Part shown: positions 56,178-64,000 of the stretch, piece by piece
Layout of the letters: each line of letters begins with the position of its first letter
Position numbering within the stretch: the first letter of the stretch is position 1
From: Ranitomeya imitator
Lineage: Eukaryota
Length of the DNA stretch: 64,000 nucleotides
Direction: 5' to 3'
Assembly (NCBI RefSeq): GCF_032444005.1
Contig: NC_091285.1
Coordinates: 13,020,001 to 13,084,000, forward strand
Program-made: the position numbers and the translations under genes
Notes under the pieces: generated by a model
The model's input: only the letters and a program-made list of their open reading frames with translations
The model's database searches: none
Told to the model about the DNA's origin: nothing

Positions 56178-57644
56178 GGTCTCTGTTCTGCTAAAACAAC
56201 ACAAAGGCTCTTCTAAGAGCCCCCCACATCTTCTGAGGAGAAGCTACAGCTGCCGAGGAGGGGAAGGGGCTGCTGATAGTACTGTGCTGGGATGACTGCA
56301 GCTGGAAACATTGCAGGCTCTAATGGGTTAACACTGAGGGTCTTGGGGGTTAAGGAATCTGGTGATGTGTGGGGGTGGAGCCATAGTACTATTTGGTGTT
56401 CATGTGTTGTATACTGCAATATTTGAGGAAGAACAGAATATCAGGAATATACAGCGCTATATGGAGGGTGTACAGTACAGTGTGGAAAGCGTATAGGCAG
56501 CAATAGCACAATTTGTGTATACGGCACTAGATGAACAGGATTGTGAAGGAAGCCATTTTGTCATCCACCTTCTTCCCTGAATTTATCATGTACATGGACT
56601 TTACTCCAAGCATCCCCCATCCTTGAAGAACAAGTTCTGGACTCTGTATGAGGGCAGGCCATATCCATTGTGCTTGTCAGGATCACCCTGAATACTTACA
56701 ATTAATTTGCATACTTGTCTATATAATCCTGTGTGAGTCTAAATAACCAGAAATTTACATTATGCGCAAAATAATAGAAAAAAGCTGAATCCTCACAATA
56801 GCCTTTATTTCCATATATACAGAGGCGCTGGGAGCTGCACACTCTATTCCAAATGAAAACCTAGATAGATAAACATATCTATAGATAGATATATCTATGT
56901 ATAGATAGATATCTCTATAGATATAGATCTATCTATATCGATCTGTCAATTGAATCTATATCTAAATCTATCTATCGATAGAAAAAATCTGCTTTAGGCC
57001 GAGGTCACAATTTACGAGAAACTTGCACACGTCTCGCACCTCAATACCCGGTACTTGGACAGGAGCGTCCAGCTGCATAGAAATACATGGAGCCGCACAG
57101 TCCGGTGCAGAGTGCCAGTTGCAGTGTTGGGTATTGAGGCGAGAGACTCGTGCAAGTGTCTCGCAAGTGTGACCCCGGCCTGAAACACCATATCTTTTTA
57201 ATTTTTTAAAAAAATTTGCGTGGGCTCCTGTGCAATTTTCAAGTCCTGAGTGGGAAAGCCAGCGACTGGGGGTCGATGTTTATAGCCTAGGAAGCAGGTA
57301 ATACTCATGGCCTCCTCCCAGGCTATGAATATCAGCCCAAAACTGTCTGCGTGGCCTTTACTGGCTATTAAAATAGGGGGACCCCCCCCCAAAAAAAAAT
57401 GATGTGGGGTCCCCCTATATTTTATAGCCAGAAAGGCTACTCATACAGCTGCGGGCTGATATTCATAGCCTAGAGAGGAGTCATGGATATTGCCCCCCCT
57501 GCTGCAAATACCAGCCCACAACCGCTCCAGAAATGGCGCATCTATAAGATGCGCCAATTCTGGCACTTAGCTCCTCTCTTCCCACTGCCCTGTAACAGTG
57601 GGATATGGTGTAATAAGGGGTTAATGTCACCTTTGTATTGTAAG

Positions 57645-58437
57645 TAGTGTTGAGCGATACCGTCCGATATTTGAAAGTATCGGTATCGGATGGTATCGGC
57701 CGATATCCGAAAAATATCAGATATCGCCGATATCCGATACCAATACAAGTCAATGGGACACAAATATCGGAAGGTATCCTCTATGGCAGAGGTCCCCAAC
57801 TCCAGTCCTCAAGGCCCACCAACAGGTCATGTTTTCAGGATTTCCTTTGCATTGCACAGGTGATGCAATTATTACCTGGGCAAGACTAAGGAAATCCTGA
57901 AAACATGACATGTTGGTGGGCCTTGAGGACTGGAGTTGGGGACCCCTGCTCTATGGTTCCCAGGGTCTGAAGGAGAGGAAACTCTCCTTCAGGCCCTGGG
58001 ATCCATATTCATGTGTAAAAGAATACAAAATATTGATATACTTACCCTCGGACGCGCCCTGGTTGTAACCGCTGCAACCGCCATGATTCCCTTCCTAAGA
58101 ATGAGCGCGTAAAGGACCTTCGATGACGTCGCGGCTTGTGATTGGTCGCGTGACCGCTCATGTGACATCTCACGCGACCAATCACAAGCCGCAACGTCAT
58201 CGAAGGTCCTTCACACGCTCATTCTTAGGAACAGAAGCATGGCGGTTGCAGCGGTTACAACCAGGGCGCATCCGAGGGTGAGTATATCAATATTTTTTAT
58301 TCTTTATTTTACACATCAATCTTCATCCCGATACCGATTCCCGATATCGCAAAAATATCGGAACTCGGTATCGGAATTCCGATACCGCAAATATCGGCCG
58401 ATACCCGATACTTGCGGTATCGGAATGCTCAACACTA
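57645..58437. mobile_element. Non-autonomous hAT with nested MITE (57787-57948), duplicate of 2341-3123
   Basis: Same TIRs and TSDs ATTGTAAG and CTCTATGG. Confidence 0.93.
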
Positions 58438-59548
58438 ATTGTAAGGTGACATTAAGCCCGGTTAATAATGGAGAGGCGTCAATAAGAAACCTATACATTA
58501 CTAATCCTATAGTAGTGAAAGAGTTTTAAAAAAAAGACACAGCCAGAAAAAAGTATTTTAATATTCGTAATTTCACCATACTTACCATACTCGATTGCCC
58601 GTAAAAAATAAAAATAATAAACCAACTGTATACTCCCTGTCTGACGCCGTCCAATTAATAATGAGTGTCCCATGACGATGTCCCCTATAGAACAATGACA
58701 TCGGGTGATGTCACTGCTCTATAGGCCTCCAGTGACACACGACAGGAGACAATGGCTCCTGCAGTGCATCACTGAAGAGGTTACTTTAGTTCATTGCTCT
58801 CATTTTATGGCAATGCTGTGTGGGAATTTTCCCACGCAGCAGTGCCGAAAGTGACAGTATGATGAACAACACTGTACTCACAGCGGCGGAGGGATACAGT
58901 GCAGAAGGATACCTTCAGTCATTGTATCCCGGATACCCTGGAGAGTGGTCGCATCTGCCGATGTGACAGATCTCCACGGGAGATCATCGTGGGACACTCG
59001 TTATTAAAAGGATTACTGCAGATCAGGGAGTATATTGTTGGTTTATTATTTTAATATTTTTTGCAGGTAATCGATGGCTTCTCTGGGACAAGGTGATTGA
59101 TGAGTATGTACTCTATGTTGTATGTTCTGTATGTGTTTTGCTTTTTTTTTTACACTTGAACACAGGAGCCTGATGATGGGACTATACTGTCCCATTATCC
59201 GGCTACCTGTCACTGTAGCAGGCATAGCCGGATGGGACAAGTGGTAGTAGTCCCATCGGTTGATGCCTGCCTACATGCAGCCTCACACAAACACAGCACT
59301 GCACACACAGCCCCGCGATCCCCGCGCAGTCACGCACACACACAGCTCCGTGATCCCCGCACAGCCCTGCAGACCCCCGCACAGTCACACACACAGCCCC
59401 GGAGACCACCGCAGGCACCCACAAACACCCGCACACAGACACACACATCTTCACCGCACACACACAGTCTCCGCCCACACACTCTTCCCCCTCCCGATCT
59501 GCAGCAGTTCTCGCACCCAACTCCCCAGCATAAATATGTGATTCTTAA

Positions 59549-60825
59549 CCCCTTACCGGCATTGGACGTACTATACCGTCCGATGCTGGCTCCCCTGCTT
59601 TGATGCAGGGCTCCGCGGTGAGCCCGCATCAAAGCCGGGACATGTCAGCTGTTTTGAACAGCTGACATGTGCCCGTAATAGGCGCGGGCAGAATCGCGAT
59701 CTGCCCGCACCTATTAACTAGTTAAATGCCGCTGTCAAACGCAGACAGCGGCATTTAACCACCGCTTCCGGCCGGGCGGCCGGAAATGACGTCATCGCCG
59801 ACCCCCGTCACATGATCGGGGGTCGGCGATGCTTGTATATTGTAACCATAGAGGTCCTAGAGACCTCTATGGTTACTGATGACCGGTGGCTGTGAGCGCC
59901 ACCCTGTGGTCGGCGCTCACAGCACACCTGCAATTCTGCTACATAGCAGCGATCAGCAGATCGCTGCTATGTAGCAGAGCCGATCGTGCTGTGCCTGCTT
60001 CTAGCCTCTCATGGAGGCTATTGAAGCATGGCAAAACTTAAAAAAAAAGTTTAAAAAAATGTGAAAAAAGAAAAAAAAACATAAAAGTTTAAATCACCCC
60101 CCTTTCGCCCCAATCAAAATAAATCAATAAAAAAAATCAAATCTACGCATATTTGGTATCGCCGCGCTCCGAATCGCCCGATCAATTAAAAAAAAGTATT
60201 AACCTGATCGCTAAACAGCGTAGCGGGAAAAAAATTCGAAACGCCAGAATTATGTTTTTTTTTTGTCGCCGCGACATTGCATTAAAATGCAATAACGGGC
60301 GATCAAAAGAAAGTATCTGCACCGAAATGCTATCATTAAAAACGTCATCTCGGCATGCAAAAAATAAGCCCTCAATCGACCCCAGATCATGAAAAATGGA
60401 GACGCTACGAGTATCGGAAAATGGCGCACTTTTTTTTTTTTTTTTAGCAAAGTTTGGAATTTTTTTTCACCAGTTAGATAAAAAATAACCTAGTCATGTT
60501 AGGTGTCTATGAACTCGTACTGACCTGGAGAATCATAATGACAGGTCATTTTTAGCATTTAGTGAACCTAGCAAAAAAGCCAAACAAAAAAAACAGTGTG
60601 GGATTGCACTTTTTTTGCAATTTCACCGCACTTGGAATTTTTTTCCCGTTTTCTAGTACACGACATGCTAAAACCAATGATATCGTTCAAAAGTACAACT
60701 CGTCCCGCAAAAAATAAGTCCTCACATGGCCAAATTGACGGAAAAATAAAAAAGTTATGGCTCTGGGAAGGAGGGGAGCGAAAAACGAACACGGAAAAAC
60801 GAAAAATCCCCTGGTCATGAAGGGG
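59549..60825. mobile_element. Non-autonomous piggyBac-type element, duplicate of 4235-5430
   Basis: TTAA TSDs; retains ~80 bp missing from the first copy. Confidence 0.85.
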
Positions 60826-60845
60826 TTAAGAAATTCTTTATGTCT

Positions 60846-60886
60846 TTGCCTGATGAAGAGACCTGTGTAGTCTGGAAAGTTTGCAA
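60846..60886 (+). ncRNA. Degenerate minimal hammerhead motif, duplicate of 5451-5491
   Basis: Same sequence as 5451-5491. Confidence 0.5.
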
Positions 60887-61164
60887 TTTGTTACCCTCTT
60901 TTCAGTTAGCCTCTGCCTCCAGTGTTCTGCTGGTTGTAGCCAGAGATTGGCTGTTAATTTTCAGCAGTGTCTGCTGGTTCTGATTGGAGCTCTCTGCAAT
61001 TTCTTGCTTATATTCCCCTGATATTACGCACCCTTCACCCCTCAGAGCGGTGGAGGCTCCTGATCAATGATGAATTAAAGACTGATCTATTTCTAGGTCT
61101 GAATCTCACATTGTCATTAATGGAGAAAGCGATCAACAACATGGAGATACATGAACAAAGCACA

Positions 61165-61785
61165 GTATGGAGAGTATATAGCACTATATGGGGGTATACA
61201 GAGGATATGGAGGGTATATAACACTATATGGGGGTATACAGCAGGATATGGAGGGTATATAACACTATATGGGGGTATACAGCAGGATATGGAGGGTATA
61301 TAACACTATATGGGGGTATACAGCAGGATATGGAGGGTAAATAGCACTATATGGGGGTATACAGCAGGATATGGAGGGTATATAACACTATATGGGGGTA
61401 TACAGCAGGATATGGAGGGTATATAGCACTATATGGGGGTATACAGCAGGATATAGAGGGTATATAGCACTATATGGGGGTATAGAGCAGGATATGGAGG
61501 GTATATAGCACTATATGAGGGTATACTGCAGGATATGGAGGGTATATAGCACTATATGGGGGTATACAGCAGGATATAGAGGGTATATAGCACTATATGG
61601 GGGTATAGAGCAGGATATGGAGGGTAGATAGCACTATATGAGGGTATACTGCAGGCTATGGAGGGTATATAGCACTATATGGGGGTATACAGAAGATATA
61701 GAGGGTATATAATAACACTATATGGGGGGTATATAGCAGGATATGGAATGTATATAATAGCACTATATGGGGGGTATACAGAGAC
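61165..61785 (+). repeat. 41-bp minisatellite array
   Basis: Same unit as 5772-6325, longer array. Confidence 0.92.
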
Positions 61786-61794
61786 TATAACCCT

Positions 61795-62185
61795 TTTCTC
61801 CCCTGACCAGTGATGAGGACAGGACTCAGGTCTGTGATTAGATGTAACGTCCTCGCGATAAAAGCGGGAAAATGACAGGAAAAAGTGCGGGAAATTCAAA
61901 ATCCCCAACAGTTCTGTGCTCCGCCCACATGTGAGGAGAAGCCGCGGCTCCTGCTGCTGGGGGAGGGGCTGGTGATCGCCCGGTGCCCGGATGGCTGCAG
62001 TCTGCTCTGCGGGAGCTGGAAACATCGGGCACTAAAGGGTTAACACCAAGTGTCTGCGGGGAGTGACCCTGTGGGCGGAGCCATAGCCCTACTGAGTGCT
62101 GATTGGCTGAGCGCTGAATATAAAATTCCCGCCCAACGGCTGATAGTTTCTCTCGCTCTTTGTTCTCCTCAGTAACACGTGGTGT
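61795..62185 (+). other. H4-ghost element 4
   Basis: Duplicate of 6334-6730; junction at 61920/61921. Confidence 0.75.
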
Positions 62186-63623
62186 CATGGCGGCGGCTCC
62201 TGACAGACTGAGGGGATATTGTAGATTCCATGTGACTGTATATTATACTTTTTGATGAAAGATCATCCTATGGCCGTATATACGGCTTTATATGGGGTTA
62301 TGTAGCGCTATATGTTGTGTGATACTATAGAATACGTGTATTGAGGACATAATGCAATTATACTGTGTACCAGGCAATTAAGCTCTATATATCCTCAATA
62401 GACCTCTGTATACTGCCATATGGTGCTTTATATCCCCCTCCATATTCTGTATACCCCTATATCGTGTTATAGACTGATGTATATGGCAAAGTAGGTATTA
62501 ATGTCTGTATACTGCCACATTGTGCTATATGCCCATATATTGCTGAATACCTTATTATTTATATAGCATCGTTGATTCCATGGTGCTGTACACGAGAAGG
62601 GGTTACATACAAATTACAGATATCACTAACAGTAAGCAAACTAACAATGACTGACTGATACAGAGGGGCGAGGACCCTGCGGGCTTACATTCTACATATG
62701 TTGTGCTATATAGTGTATATATCTCTATAGAACAGTATTCCTCCATAGTCACATATATGGCACCATTTATTCCATGGCGCTTTACACGTGAAAAGGGGCA
62801 AATATAGATAAGTACAATAAATATGCCTCATACACAATGCTATATTGATATGTACAGCCCATAATGATAATATATAGCACTATAGATAAGATATTGAGAA
62901 CTATTTAGCACAATATGGCAGTATGCAGCACTAAATAGGAGTATTTGGTACTATATGGGGAGAATACAGCACTATTTTGCCATATACAACGGTTTAACTA
63001 TATGGGGGGTTTACAGAACAATATGGATTAATACAGCACTTAGTGATGTATGGTATACCACAGCATATTGCACTATACAGAGGGTATAAAGCACTATATA
63101 GGGGTACATGACATTATAGCAGTGAGATTATTGGGTTACATGACATTTTAGCCTAATAATGGAATGTTGTGCTTCCTATGCCCCCTGATGTTCACACTGC
63201 CCCCCATATCCTGCACACACTGGATATATACATAGAGCGGCAGCTCTGGCCGCCCTGAAGGCTCCGACTCCGGAGGATAAGATGTAGAGAAGAACAGCCG
63301 CATGCAGCCATCAATCCTCCGGATCCTTCAAGCTAAACAAGGCTCTTATCCTTGTTTTATGTGGAGTGATGCTGTAATACAATATTACATGTATGAAACG
63401 TCACAATGATGGAAGTTACACGATAATCCCCACTGTGCCAAGCAATTATGGAGACAGGATTAACTGCAGCTATATCCCCCAATGCTACGCAAAATCTGTG
63501 CCATGTAACACATCCATACAGAACATCACAGCAGAGATCAGCGGTGTCAGCTCTTGTGGTGACGGTGTGGGTGGCTCTTAGAAGAGCCTTTGGGTTGTGT
63601 GGATGATACGGGGTCAGTGTCGC

Positions 63624-64000
<377 letters not shown>

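Overview
Vertebrate replication-dependent histone gene cluster, most likely from a frog (inferred from TE repertoire and H2A/H2B sequences), with a 100-N scaffold gap at 49999-50098. It holds 4 intact H2B, 5 H2A (3 intact, 1 with start codon lost, 1 with a nonsense codon), 3 H4 (1 canonical, 1 R3L, 1 frameshifted), 1 H3.2-type gene and no intact H1. All are intronless with a 3' stem-loop and HDE. Spacers are a degenerate 20-21/41-bp minisatellite loaded with MITEs, solo LTRs, LINE remnants and a dead Tc1. The two ends (about 0.3-8.55 kb and 55.5-64 kb) are near-identical duplicates with reciprocal H4/H2A inactivation. The centre is a >=15-kb hAT transposon with an intact 1102-aa BED/DDE transposase, followed by seven tandem ~0.9-1-kb palindromic Kolobok/T2-like MITE copies. 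Best leads: (1) the giant composite hAT; (2) four conserved 'H4 ghost' elements in which H4 5' and 3' flanks are fused with the gene missing; (3) orphan histone 3' ends, possibly from a lost H1; (4) degenerate minimal hammerhead ribozyme motifs. All identities were judged by eye; no database search was run.
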